64,000 nt of DNA from an uncultured Nitrososphaeraceae archaeon (GTDB taxonomy: Archaea > Thermoproteota > Nitrososphaeria > Nitrososphaerales > Nitrososphaeraceae): positions 96,001 through 160,000 of the forward strand of contig CAVZZA010000001.1 of assembly GCA_963779615.1 (NCBI GenBank), in the 5' to 3' direction. A model generated the notes under the pieces. The model made no database searches. It was not told where the DNA came from and saw nothing but the letters and a program-made list of their open reading frames with translations. Positions 1 to 10,336 of this stretch are shown here, one piece after another. Every line of letters begins with the position of its first letter. Positions within the stretch are counted from its first letter, which is position 1. Position numbers and translations under genes: made by a program.

Positions 1-73
1 CAAACAATTAATTTCAAATATTAATTTTTTTTACACTATCAATAATAAACACATATTTTTCAATTATTGGTGG

Positions 74-856
74 TTAATCCTTATTCAAAAATAAGGATAA
101 CTGATAGATTTGGTCCACAGACAGTTGCCCCAGCTTTTTATCAATAATTTTACCGATATCAAAAACTCCATTGTTTTGTTTGGATTTGTTGAAATATTTT
201 ATTAAAAAAGAAATGTTTTTTTTTCTAAAAGACAATAAAAATTGTATATCATCTATGATTTTTTTTGGCAAAGGGTGACGTCTTGGAGAAAGTTCAATCA
301 ATACGGAATCAACTCGAGGTTGAGGAGTAAACGAGGAACGGGGAACATCCAACAGCACCTTCATGCAAAAACGATATTGAGAAATTATTGAAATAGCTCT
401 ATAATTTTTGTATCCAGGTGGCGATAAAAGTTTTTCTACAAATTCGCGTTGTAGTAAAAGTATACCCTTTTTGAAATCCCTTTGACAAAGCCATGAAAAA
501 GCATGACGGCTTTCATTGTAAGGCAGGCTAGAAAAAAAAATATCAAAGCGTACGTTAGCAATATTTTTAAAACCATCTAGATTAAGTAGATTCAGATTAC
601 CATACGGCAATTTACTTTTGCAATTAAAATAAAGATAAGGATCGATTTCAAAAGAATGAACAAATTTTGAGATTTTGCATAGCTCATTAGTTAAAATCCC
701 GTTTCCACTTCCAACTTCATAAACAACATCATTGCTATCGATTTTAGATAATGCAATAATTTTTTTAATTATATTACTGTCGACAAGGAAATGTTGACCA
801 AGCGATTTATTATGGTTTTTTCTATATTTTTTTTCCATAAAATAAATCACAGGCAA
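74..856 (-). CDS. rsmA: 16S rRNA adenine dimethyltransferase (KsgA/RsmA/Dim1)
   Basis: KSLGQHFL N-terminal motif, EVGSGNG SAM motif, SLPY, FTPQPRVDS; conserved archaeal rpl21e-rpoF-DUF655-ksgA order. Confidence 0.95.
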   Translation of the reverse strand: MPVIYFMEKKYRKNHNKSLGQHFLVDSNIIKKIIALSKIDSNDVVYEVGSGNGILTNELCKISKFVHSFEIDPYLYFNCKSKLPYGNLNLLNLDGFKNIANVRFDIFFSSLPYNESRHAFSWLCQRDFKKGILLLQREFVEKLLSPPGYKNYRAISIISQYRFCMKVLLDVPRSSFTPQPRVDSVLIELSPRRHPLPKKIIDDIQFLLSFRKKNISFLIKYFNKSKQNNGVFDIGKIIDKKLGQLSVDQIYQLSLFLNKD

Positions 857-920
857 ATGCCTAGAAATTCAACAAAAATAGCATATGAAAGAAACAGAAA
901 AAGTAATCAAAATAGCAGCA

Positions 921-1523
921 TCACTTTCTAACAAAAATATTCATTCGAGTTTCACCAGAAATTTCGTCATGTATTCTTTTAGCTATATGTTTTGATGCAT
1001 CCCTCAAGCCAGTCCTATCTTGAAGGTCCATAAAAGAATTAAACTTTTTCTTATCCCTTTCATTCAATATGGATTTCATATATGTTTTCCCTATGCCCGG
1101 AATAAGTTCCAGGGAATGAACCCGTGGAGTCATTGGTTGAGCTGTATTAAAATAATCTATGAAACGTGTTTCATTTACGCTTACAATTTTTTCAATAACA
1201 GTGGGTAATTCATTTTTAGCAGTTTGTGTAAGATGACCATGATCTATCCGCCCCAAAACACTCAGTATTTTTGCTCGGCCTTCTTTTCCTATGTAGACTC
1301 GTTCGCCTATATCGAACTTTTCATTTTTTATTCCCAGCAATTCAAGAATAGTCAAATGCTCTTCACCGATTGCATGAATTATTATTCCCTCCCTCATTCG
1401 AACAATCGAGGACTTGCCATTTTGGACATAATCCAATATATATGCATACTCCTCAAACTTTCTGTGAGGGAAAGTATCCGTATTTTTATTATAATTATTC
1501 CTATTTGATAAAAATTTCGACAA
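921..1523 (-). CDS. DUF655 family putative RNA-binding protein
   Basis: EEYAYILDY, TPRVHSLELIPGIGK helix-hairpin-helix; lies between rpoF and ksgA. Confidence 0.9.
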   Translation of the reverse strand: MSKFLSNRNNYNKNTDTFPHRKFEEYAYILDYVQNGKSSIVRMREGIIIHAIGEEHLTILELLGIKNEKFDIGERVYIGKEGRAKILSVLGRIDHGHLTQTAKNELPTVIEKIVSVNETRFIDYFNTAQPMTPRVHSLELIPGIGKTYMKSILNERDKKKFNSFMDLQDRTGLRDASKHIAKRIHDEISGETRMNIFVRK

Positions 1524-1575
1524 GTTTATTCTTTGTTTATTTGATGCTTATGGGATATAATAAAATGTTCGTTAT

Positions 1576-1953
1576 CTAACTTTCAATGCCAGACTCATCT
1601 TTAGGATTTTCATCATCCTGATCTGATAACAAAATCGATTTTATTTTTTCTAGTTTTTCTGTCACAATCAATTTTTTCCATCCAAAAGTAAAAGCCCGTA
1701 ACTCCTCCAATGATTTAGGCATAACATTTACCAATTCTACAGATTCTTCCATTGTCAAATTGCCTTCATTGACAAGATTGTCAACCATCACCTTTGTTTT
1801 GTCATAATCGGCTTTTGCAAATTTTTTAGAATAATCATATGTCCATCGCTGGATTTGGTCCATCTCATCAAGTGAAATAGACTCTAAAATTTTTTTAACT
1901 TCAGATAATGTAATAATCTCGCGTTGTAAAACTTCGGTCATTTTAATGCACAC
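1576..1953 (-). CDS. rpoF: DNA-directed RNA polymerase subunit F (Rpo4/Rpb4)
   Basis: ITLSEVKKIL, YSKKFAK, LVNVMPKSLEELRA; synteny. Confidence 0.9.
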   Translation of the reverse strand: MCIKMTEVLQREIITLSEVKKILESISLDEMDQIQRWTYDYSKKFAKADYDKTKVMVDNLVNEGNLTMEESVELVNVMPKSLEELRAFTFGWKKLIVTEKLEKIKSILLSDQDDENPKDESGIES

Positions 1954-1965
1954 CCTTTGAGATTT

Positions 1966-2268
1966 TCAAGACTTTGTTAATTGACGAATATGGTTAAATT
2001 TGGTTTGCAAGTACTTTGGTTTGTTTCCAAACATCACCATAACTTTCATAGTGCGTCTCCCAATAGATTCAATTGTACCTACACGACCCTGAAAACGCCT
2101 ATGAGGCATGGTATTGTGTTCACTCGGATCAATATTTACAACAACTTTATCCCCGGGTTTATAGTCAATAAGCAAATATGACACACCTGTGACTTTATTT
2201 GACTTTGTTAAAACCGATCTTGATTTTCTTCTAGTTCCGTGAGATGAAGGCATAAACCTTTTTAACAA
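1966..2268 (-). CDS. rpl21e: 50S ribosomal protein L21e (true start probably MPSSHG)
   Basis: SHGTRRKSR, GDKVVVNIDPS, MPHRRFQGRVG. Confidence 0.96.
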   Translation of the reverse strand: MLKRFMPSSHGTRRKSRSVLTKSNKVTGVSYLLIDYKPGDKVVVNIDPSEHNTMPHRRFQGRVGTIESIGRRTMKVMVMFGNKPKYLQTKFNHIRQLTKS

Positions 2269-2666
2269 TCACCCTAATAAAAATTATTTACAAAAATAAC
2301 ATATCGCCAGTCTTAAAGCATCCAATCAAGTATCTCTAATACATTAAACAGCAATCAGGTCATAAAGGTTTTTCACATACATAATAAAATATAACTGCCT
2401 TGTTGCATGATTATTGTATATCGTTTTTTGTTAGTGTTTTGGTTATTATCCAAAGGGTAACCAGTCATAATTTAATATGGATTACCAGGAAAGTGGCATG
2501 TTTTAACTGTATTTCGAATCATGCAACAAAATAAAATACAATCTCTAAATGGCATGCCCGAGCATGCAAAGAAAAGAAAAAAGGCAAGGAATTAAAAAAA
2601 ATGTCGTAATAAACATTTAAAGTATACACAAAAACAAAAATAACAGGCAATAGGTTCCATGCATAT

Positions 2667-3671
2667 TTAATTATTTTTTTTTGGATCAGTAATGCCATTA
2701 TTATCGATAGTAAAAACAATTTCACTCTCAGGATGGTATGGAGAATCAACCATTCTAGCTATCCTATTTCTCCCCGACCGTCTCAAAAAAATTCTGTATG
2801 TACTAGAATGAGCCATAACATTGCCTCCTGCGGCTTTAAATGAATTTCCACTAAACATAGAATCGGGGGATGCCGTTACTTGGTTTGTTAGCAAAACCGC
2901 AATCTCGAATGTTTCTGCTATTCGCATAACAGTATGGACCAACTTATTCAATCTCTGCTGTCTTTCAGAAAGGGCAGACAATCCTATAAATTCTGATCGG
3001 TAAAGAGAAATAATTGAATCAATAATCAGTAGTTTAATATTATGAGAATCTATAACCTTACCAGCTTCAGACAGGATCAATTCATGATGAGAACTGCTAT
3101 AGGCCTTTGCAACAACAACATTATCCAATATTTTGAAAGAGTCTAATTTCCTTAGTTTTGAAATTGTTTCAATTCGTTCCGGTCGAAATGTATTTTCTGT
3201 ATCCACATACAATGCATTTCCCTTTAATCCCCCATTAGAATAATCTTGTTGTACAGTAACACAAGCAGTATGACATAATTGTGTTTTACCAGTTCCATAT
3301 TCTCCACATACCTCCGTAATGGATTTTGTTTCTATACCCCCTCCCAAAAGAAAATCAAAATTTTTTGAGCCAGTAGAAATCTTGCCTATATTTTTGCGTT
3401 TATGGTAAAGAATAGTTGCAGGGATAAATCGTTTTTCAATTATTCCATTCTGTTCTAAAGCTGCCAATGCCTGATTATATATTAAAAAAGAGTCATCAAT
3501 ATCAATTCCGGTCTGAGACGATAATTCAAATGGTCCACAAACTACCAGATCTTTTAGAGATAAAAAACCAGATTTCTTCAAAAGAGCAATAACAGTAAAA
3601 GAAATGTCTTTTAAAACATCTATAGAAAAAGAGTTATCAGAATTATAGTTAGCATCAGAACTAAAAGTCAA
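2667..3671 (-). CDS. radA: RadA/Rad51-family recombinase (RadA or full-length paralogue)
   Basis: FIPA (FxxA) polymerisation motif, Walker A GEYGTGKTQ, YVDTENTFRPER, Walker B LLIIDS, GGNVMAHSSTYR. Confidence 0.88.
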   Translation of the reverse strand: MTFSSDANYNSDNSFSIDVLKDISFTVIALLKKSGFLSLKDLVVCGPFELSSQTGIDIDDSFLIYNQALAALEQNGIIEKRFIPATILYHKRKNIGKISTGSKNFDFLLGGGIETKSITEVCGEYGTGKTQLCHTACVTVQQDYSNGGLKGNALYVDTENTFRPERIETISKLRKLDSFKILDNVVVAKAYSSSHHELILSEAGKVIDSHNIKLLIIDSIISLYRSEFIGLSALSERQQRLNKLVHTVMRIAETFEIAVLLTNQVTASPDSMFSGNSFKAAGGNVMAHSSTYRIFLRRSGRNRIARMVDSPYHPESEIVFTIDNNGITDPKKNN

Positions 3672-4202
3672 TTATAAAGAAGTTTAATAAAGTCCAATAT
3701 TTCAATAATACTAAAATTAGTCATGCTCTGCAATTTTTAAACATCATTTTATCGATATTTCAATAAAAAACCAGTGTAAAACGCATGAAAAAAGTCTCAT
3801 ATTCACCAGGTTATTCGCTCAATTCCACTCACATTAGTTACTTAAAAAGGATACGTCAATTCTGTAAACTAATATCGGCTTTTTAGAAACCTGGGGGAAT
3901 AAGCTATATACAAATATACAAAGACAACTCTTACGATCACACTAAATGCCAAAGTATCTTTTTATCCGAATCAAACCAAATTGGTGGGCGGGCAAACCCT
4001 AAGCATGTCAACAACACATGCGTTTTAACTGAATTGCCGATTGAAATAAAATATATGGAATAAGAGACAGAACCTATTTGATATGCAGTCAAAGAGCACC
4101 ATCAGACTCTCAAAATGGTTGAACCGACAATCAATAAACACGTTATTGAAATACCGATAAACACCCCATCAAGTTTTGATAAAAAGCCACATGGTGAAGT
4201 GA

Positions 4203-4874
4203 TTGATTGTCGATTTAAACATGGTTAATAGAAATGTCTTGGTGGTAGGTGCAGGAGCAGAAGGAACTAAAAAGGTAAAATCACTTGTTAATTATAACTG
4301 CAGTATTACGGTGATAGGTGAAAAGGTTAACCAAGACATTCTCAACTATGAAAAAATGCATAAATTGCATTTAATTCAGAAAAAAATCGAAAGTATGGAC
4401 TTTTTAAATAGTTTTAATAACCTATTTTTGATTATTGCAACCACAAATGATAAATTTTTAAACAAAGAAATAATAAACTGGGCCATAAATGCAGGAATCC
4501 TGGCCTATTCTACCGATGACCCTGAAAAGAGTGACATTGCATTTACGTCAATAATTACAATAGACGGGTCGATTCAAATAGCAATATCGACTTCAGGGAA
4601 AAGCCCCATAATGACTAAAATAATAAAAGGCAAGATAGAAGATGCTATAAAAAATATAATAGGGAAAAGCGATATTGACAATATAAAAATTCAAGAATTT
4701 GCCAGAACACATGCCAAAAAATACATAGAAAAGCCTCAAGAAAGAAAAGAATTTTTATATAAATTAATAAATAATCCCGAGATACAGGACCTATTAAGTA
4801 AAGGCAACATTGATAAAGTTAAGGAAAGAATTATTAACACATTAGACAAATTGGAGGATAACAAGGGCAGATGA
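4203..4874 (+). CDS. sirC: Precorrin-2 dehydrogenase/sirohydrochlorin ferrochelatase (SirC/Met8-like)
   Basis: VLVVGAGAEG Rossmann motif, IAISTSGKSP; first gene of hem operon. Confidence 0.88.
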   Translation: MIVDLNMVNRNVLVVGAGAEGTKKVKSLVNYNCSITVIGEKVNQDILNYEKMHKLHLIQKKIESMDFLNSFNNLFLIIATTNDKFLNKEIINWAINAGILAYSTDDPEKSDIAFTSIITIDGSIQIAISTSGKSPIMTKIIKGKIEDAIKNIIGKSDIDNIKIQEFARTHAKKYIEKPQERKEFLYKLINNPEIQDLLSKGNIDKVKERIINTLDKLEDNKGR

Positions 4875-6160
4875 CAGCATATTTAAGTTTACAATCATCG
4901 CAATTTGTCAATTTAAGGGTTACATTTAAAAATTCGCCAATACACATTTTAGAAAAATTCACATTTAAGGACATTTTTTCAGCATACAAAACACTGACAG
5001 ATTCAACGGAATTAGAAGAATGTTTGATATTACAAACCTGCAATAGAGTAGAAATTTATGGAGTGGGCAATAATCCACAACACGATAGAATAATTGGATT
5101 ATGGTCTTCATTAATTGGCGTCCCTGTTGATGAGGTAAGGTCAAATGTTAGGATTGACGATGGAGAGGAAGCAATCAAACATCTTGCCAAATTAACATCA
5201 GGTCTTGACTCGTTGGTAGTAGGTGAAGACCAAATATTAGGACAAGTCAAAAGATCACTAGAGTTTTCTCGAAAAAACGGATTTTCGGGTCCAAATTTGA
5301 ATATTCTTTTTGACAGAACAATCAAAATCGGAAGCAAGGTAAGAACAGCTACAGGCATAAACAAAGGAAGCGTGTCGGTTGGATCCATGGCCGTCAATTT
5401 AACATATGAGTATTTTGATGAAATCAATGAGAAAGAAATTTTATTGATAGGTTCTGGCGAAGGGGCCAGTTTAATAGCCAAATCATTAAAACAACGTAAT
5501 ATCAATTTTTTTATCAGTAGCAGGACATTTGAGAGAGCAAGATCTTTTTCCGATACAGTTGCGGGCGTACCGATACCATTTGAAGAAGCATTACAAAAAC
5601 TTAACGAAAGCATAGACATCATATTCATTTCCACGGTTGCGCCATATTATTTGCTAACATATGAGAGAATGGCAAACATAATGCAGAACAGAGAAAAAGG
5701 ATTAATGATCTTTGATTTATCAAATCCCAGGACTGTAGAAGATAAAATTGCCATTCTGAACAAAGTCAAATTGGTAAACATAGATCAGATATCAGAGATA
5801 GTAGAAAAAAACGTAAGAAAAAGAAAAAAGGAGATACAAACTGCCGAAAGAATAATAGAAGAAGAAATCTTTTTAATTAAAGAAACACTAAGAAGAAAAA
5901 GTTCAGAGCCAGTAATAATAACGATTTTTAAGGACGCAGACTCCATTAGGGAAAAAGAATTCAAAAAAGCCTTATCATTGATAGGAGACAAAATAGAAGA
6001 AAAAGATATAAAAGTTTTTGAGCAATTTTCCTATGCGTTAATAGAAGGAATACTTTCTACGCCAATGAATAATTTAAGGAAAGAACTTTCCCAAGGCAAT
6101 AAAAATAAAAGTGATTTAATAAACTTGGCATTAAAACTGTTTAATTATGAAAAAGCATAG
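4871..6160 (+). CDS. hemA: Glutamyl-tRNA reductase
   Basis: LQTCNRVEIY, SGLDSLVVGEDQILGQVK, DLSNPR. Confidence 0.97.
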   Translation: MTAYLSLQSSQFVNLRVTFKNSPIHILEKFTFKDIFSAYKTLTDSTELEECLILQTCNRVEIYGVGNNPQHDRIIGLWSSLIGVPVDEVRSNVRIDDGEEAIKHLAKLTSGLDSLVVGEDQILGQVKRSLEFSRKNGFSGPNLNILFDRTIKIGSKVRTATGINKGSVSVGSMAVNLTYEYFDEINEKEILLIGSGEGASLIAKSLKQRNINFFISSRTFERARSFSDTVAGVPIPFEEALQKLNESIDIIFISTVAPYYLLTYERMANIMQNREKGLMIFDLSNPRTVEDKIAILNKVKLVNIDQISEIVEKNVRKRKKEIQTAERIIEEEIFLIKETLRRKSSEPVIITIFKDADSIREKEFKKALSLIGDKIEEKDIKVFEQFSYALIEGILSTPMNNLRKELSQGNKNKSDLINLALKLFNYEKA

Positions 6161-7229
6161 CACATCAAAGAAAAACATCCAAGAAAATTTAGAAAGCAAA
6201 GTCAACTTTAAACATTATTTAAACAGATCTAATGAAAGTTACAGCGTTTTTCCAAAAATGAGGTTAAGAAGACTTAGGAAAAATGAGGCAATAAGGGATC
6301 TTTTACAGGAGACACACCTATCAATCAAAGATTTGGTGGTCCCGCTATTTGTACAAGAAGGAATCAGCAAGAATGTGGAAATAGAATCAATGCCAGGAAT
6401 ATTCAGATTCTCCCTAAAAACACTACTAAAAGAGGTAGAAGACATCGTTGCATTAGGGATCAAGGCAATAATTCTTTTTGGCATCCCATCCAAAAAAGAC
6501 GGTTTTGGCAACAGCGCGTTTGACAAGGATGGAATAACACAGCAGGCAATAAAAACAATCAAAGACACGTTTGGAGAAAAGTTAGTAGTTATTACCGATG
6601 TTTGTCTTTGCCAATACACTTCCCATGGCCATTGCGGCATAATCAAAAACAACAGAGTTGATAACGATCGGACTTTGGACACACTTGCAAAAATTGCTTT
6701 AAGTCATGCGACATTGGGCGCAGACATGGTAGCGCCATCAGCTATGATGGATGGCCAGGTGAAAATATTGAGAGACATTCTAGATGATAACGATTATCAC
6801 GATACAATGATTATGGGATATTCAGCAAAGCAAGCATCATCATTTTTTTCCCCGTTTAGGGATGCTGCTCATTCATTACCAAGTTTTGGTAATAGATATT
6901 CGTATCAGATGCCTTTTACAAACTCAAGAGAGGCGCATCGTGAAATAATAGCAGATATGGAAGAAGGCGCAGATATTTTGATGATAAAACCAGCAATCCC
7001 AAATCTTGACTTGATATATTCAGCAAAACAAAACTCTTTTCACCCTATTGCAGCATACAGCGTATCTGGAGAATACTCCATGATAAAGGCAGCGTCAATC
7101 AACAACTGGATAGATGAAACCTCAGCAATAACAGAATTGCTGACATCCATCAAAAGAGCTGGAGCAGATATCATAATTTCATACCATGCAAAAAAAATGG
7201 CAGAAACACTTACAAATAACAAAAATTAG
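6147..7229 (+). CDS. hemB: Porphobilinogen synthase (ALA dehydratase)
   Basis: RLRRLR, DVCLCQYTSHGHCG Zn site, APSAMMDG, GADILMIKP, SGEYSMIKAA. Confidence 0.97.
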   Translation: MKKHSTSKKNIQENLESKVNFKHYLNRSNESYSVFPKMRLRRLRKNEAIRDLLQETHLSIKDLVVPLFVQEGISKNVEIESMPGIFRFSLKTLLKEVEDIVALGIKAIILFGIPSKKDGFGNSAFDKDGITQQAIKTIKDTFGEKLVVITDVCLCQYTSHGHCGIIKNNRVDNDRTLDTLAKIALSHATLGADMVAPSAMMDGQVKILRDILDDNDYHDTMIMGYSAKQASSFFSPFRDAAHSLPSFGNRYSYQMPFTNSREAHREIIADMEEGADILMIKPAIPNLDLIYSAKQNSFHPIAAYSVSGEYSMIKAASINNWIDETSAITELLTSIKRAGADIIISYHAKKMAETLTNNKN

Positions 7230-7264
7230 ATAGCCGATACAGTTATAACTTTTTTAAACGTTAT

Positions 7265-8566
7265 GTGTTTCATTTGATGTTTGACAAATCCAAGGCATTA
7301 TTCGAGAGAGCCTGCAGAATAATTCCTGGTGGAGTTAATAGCCCCGTTAGGTTTTTTCAGCCATATCCATTTTTTGTTGAGTCAGGGAACGGCAGTAAGA
7401 TATTTACTAAAGAAGGTAATGCATTGATTGACTACTGCATGGGTTATGGTTCGGTTTTTTTAGGCCACGGTAATCAAGATGTTGCACTGGCAGTAAAAAG
7501 CCAAATAGATAAAGGAAACTTATTTTGCACCCCTACGGAAAAAGAAATCGAACTAGCAGAATCATGTAATAAAATAATCCCGTCTGCAGAAATGGTAAGG
7601 ATCACAAATACGGGAGCAGAAGCAACCATGCATGCCATTAGGCTGGCAAGGGCATTCACAAAAAAGACAAAGATTATAAAATTTGATGGGGGATACCATG
7701 GTGCTTTTGATGATGTACTTGATAAGGCAGGTTCAGGCGCTTCAGAATTGGAACAAACAGATGGAATGCCAAAAGAAAACGCAACCAGGACCATAACGAT
7801 CCCTTATAATGACATGGAGTCATTGGAGTTGGCCATAAACAGAGAAAAGGATGGCAAAGGCGGCATTGCATGCATAATTATTGAACCTGTTTTAGCCAAT
7901 TCCGGACTAATACTTCCAGCAAAAGACTATTTAAACAAAATCAGAAGCATTACCAAAGAAAATAACATAGTTTTGATTTTTGATGAGGTGGTAACAGGTT
8001 TTCGGCTTGCGCTTGGGGGCGCGAGTGAGTTTTTCGGAATAAAAGCAGATATAACAACATTTGCAAAAGCTATGGGAAACGGGTACCCTATTTCCCTAAT
8101 AACGGGAAAAAAGGAGATAATGTCCCAACTAGCACCAAGCGGAAAAGTGTATCAAGCTAGTACGTTTGCAGGCAACCCGTTATCTGTCACAGCATCCTTG
8201 AAAACACTAGAGATTTTAAGTAAAAATAAAAATGTCATTTACCCGCAAGTGAGCAAAACATGCGATAGAATAGTAAACGGAATAAAAGACATTGCACACG
8301 ATAAAGAAATAGAATTGACAGTGAACTCAATAGGTTCGATGTTTCAAACATTCTTCACAAAAAAGGCAGTGAGCAAATACCAAGACGTCAAAATGTCAAA
8401 CATTACAAAATTTAGTGAATTATTCAAGGTATTGCTTGATAACGGAATATTTATCCCACCCTCGCAATTTGAAACATGTTTTATCTCAACAAACCATAAT
8501 GAAGAAGACATTGAAAAAACTATCGAGTCATACGATAAAGCATTAACAAAGGTGAAAACCTTTTAA
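7265..8566 (+). CDS. hemL: Glutamate-1-semialdehyde 2,1-aminomutase
   Basis: IPGGVNSPVR, FDEVVTGFR, TFAKAMGNGYP, YQASTFAGNP, PPSQFE. Confidence 0.97.
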   Translation: MFHLMFDKSKALFERACRIIPGGVNSPVRFFQPYPFFVESGNGSKIFTKEGNALIDYCMGYGSVFLGHGNQDVALAVKSQIDKGNLFCTPTEKEIELAESCNKIIPSAEMVRITNTGAEATMHAIRLARAFTKKTKIIKFDGGYHGAFDDVLDKAGSGASELEQTDGMPKENATRTITIPYNDMESLELAINREKDGKGGIACIIIEPVLANSGLILPAKDYLNKIRSITKENNIVLIFDEVVTGFRLALGGASEFFGIKADITTFAKAMGNGYPISLITGKKEIMSQLAPSGKVYQASTFAGNPLSVTASLKTLEILSKNKNVIYPQVSKTCDRIVNGIKDIAHDKEIELTVNSIGSMFQTFFTKKAVSKYQDVKMSNITKFSELFKVLLDNGIFIPPSQFETCFISTNHNEEDIEKTIESYDKALTKVKTF

Positions 8567-8597
8567 AGAATTTGTAGTTGCAACCAGGGCAAGCAAA

Positions 8598-9536
8598 TTG
8601 GCCATTCACCAAACTAATTCAATCATAAAATCACTGAAAAAGGAAGAACCGGAAATGGAGTTTCGGATAGAACACATTACAACCAAAGGTGATAAGGACA
8701 AACGCCCATTTTTTGAAATAAACCAGAATGGAGTTTTCGAAAAGGAGGTAAACGAGTCACTGCTGCAATACAAGGCGGATTTGGCAGTACATAGCCTTAA
8801 AGATTTGCATGGAGGCTTTTCAAGCAAATTAGCTATTGCAAGCATACCTAAAAGAGAAAAACCGTATGATGTTTTCATCAACAATATCAACAACAACAAG
8901 ATAAGCAAATTGGGACCGGAATCCACAATAGGAACAAGCAGTATCCGAAGGGCCATTCAAATTAAAACCCAATATCCATCAATAGTCATTAAATCCCTAA
9001 GGGGCAACATTGAAACGAGAATAGCCAAATCAAAAGAAAACAAATACACAGGCATTGTATTAGCAGAAGCAGGAATAAAAAGACTTGGGCTAAACGCCAA
9101 CATAGTTCAAAGGCTGGATATTCAAAATTTTACACCCGCGCCCGGGCAGGGGGCTCTAGCTATTGTTTGTAGAAAAGATGACGTCCACACCAGAATGATC
9201 TTGAAAAAAATCGAGCATAACGTTTCAAGAAAAGAGATACAAGCTGAAAGATCACTAATTGAAAACATAGGCGCCGGGTGCACCGTGCCTTTAGGGGCGC
9301 TGGCGACAATGAACAGAAAAAGTAACAAAATATCGCTATTTACAGCAATTTACTCTTTAGATGGCAAAAAATCTTTAAAGCACAAGGAAGAGGGAGATGC
9401 AGAACATCCCCAAAAATTGGGAAAAAAAGTGGGAGAGTTTCTTATTTCAAAAGGGGCAAAAGAGTTGACAAATGAATGGAGTAAAATTGGTAACAATAAA
9501 GCTAATGATATTATAAAGGAAATGAGTACAGAATGA
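8598..9536 (+). CDS. hemC: Hydroxymethylbilane synthase; the conserved N-terminus (FVVATRASKLA) lies upstream of the called start (see findings)
   Basis: TTKGD, DLAVHSLKD, GTSSIRR, RGNIETR, PAPGQGAL, GAGCTVP. Confidence 0.95.
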   Translation: MAIHQTNSIIKSLKKEEPEMEFRIEHITTKGDKDKRPFFEINQNGVFEKEVNESLLQYKADLAVHSLKDLHGGFSSKLAIASIPKREKPYDVFINNINNNKISKLGPESTIGTSSIRRAIQIKTQYPSIVIKSLRGNIETRIAKSKENKYTGIVLAEAGIKRLGLNANIVQRLDIQNFTPAPGQGALAIVCRKDDVHTRMILKKIEHNVSRKEIQAERSLIENIGAGCTVPLGALATMNRKSNKISLFTAIYSLDGKKSLKHKEEGDAEHPQKLGKKVGEFLISKGAKELTNEWSKIGNNKANDIIKEMSTE

Positions 9537-10324
9537 ACATACCAAACAGCAAAAGCAAAAACAAGGTTTCAGGAAAAGTATTCATTTGCGGGGCAGGACC
9601 GGGAGACCCCAAACTGCTGACAATCAGAGCAACTGAATTGATAAACGAATGCGACATAATTTTATACGATAGATTAATAGACGAAGGGATCACCAAACTA
9701 TTTCCAGAAAAGGCTGAAAAGATGTATGTAGGAAGGAACATTGGTGATCCCACCACACACCAAAACAAGACAAATGAACTAATGCTGGAGCACTCAAAAA
9801 AAGGAAAGAAAGTGTTAAGGCTAAAGGGGGGCGATCCATTTATTTTTGGCAGAGGAGGCGAAGAAGCTGAATTTTTGAAACTAAACAACATCCACTTTGA
9901 AATAGTTCCAGGAATTACATCAGGAATAGGTGCTGCAATATATTCAGGCATTCCATTAACTCATAGAAAATATAGCTCTTCGGTGGCATTTGTGACAGGC
10001 CATGAAGATCCCGAAAAAAAAACGCCGGTGGTAAAATGGGAAAAATTATTTGATGCGATAGACACCGCGGTGATTTACATGGGCACTGAAAAACTAGAAA
10101 TAATCATAGAGAAAATTAAAGGTGGAAACATCAATGAAAAAACAAAAGTCGCCGTAATTGAAAATGGAACTTTAAAGAACCAGAGAGTCATAATAGGAGA
10201 GATAGACAGCATAGTAAGCAAAGTAAAATTGGAAAACATTAAACCTCCTGCAATCGTAATAATAGGCGATACGGTAAATTTGAATGGAAACATTGATTGG
10301 TACTCCCAAAGAGATCCATTTTAA
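9533..10324 (+). CDS. cobA: Uroporphyrinogen-III C-methyltransferase
   Basis: GAGPGDPKLLT, RLKGGDPFIFGRGGEE, VPGITS, GIPLTHR. Confidence 0.96.
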   Translation: MNIPNSKSKNKVSGKVFICGAGPGDPKLLTIRATELINECDIILYDRLIDEGITKLFPEKAEKMYVGRNIGDPTTHQNKTNELMLEHSKKGKKVLRLKGGDPFIFGRGGEEAEFLKLNNIHFEIVPGITSGIGAAIYSGIPLTHRKYSSSVAFVTGHEDPEKKTPVVKWEKLFDAIDTAVIYMGTEKLEIIIEKIKGGNINEKTKVAVIENGTLKNQRVIIGEIDSIVSKVKLENIKPPAIVIIGDTVNLNGNIDWYSQRDPF

Positions 10325-10336
10325 CAAATATCGGCA

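Noticed and set aside
3980-4045. GGGCAAACCC and GCATGT..ACATGC hairpins upstream of the hem operon as a riboswitch
   Set aside because: No recognisable cobalamin or c-di-GMP consensus beyond a GNRA-like loop; cannot be supported without a covariance search.
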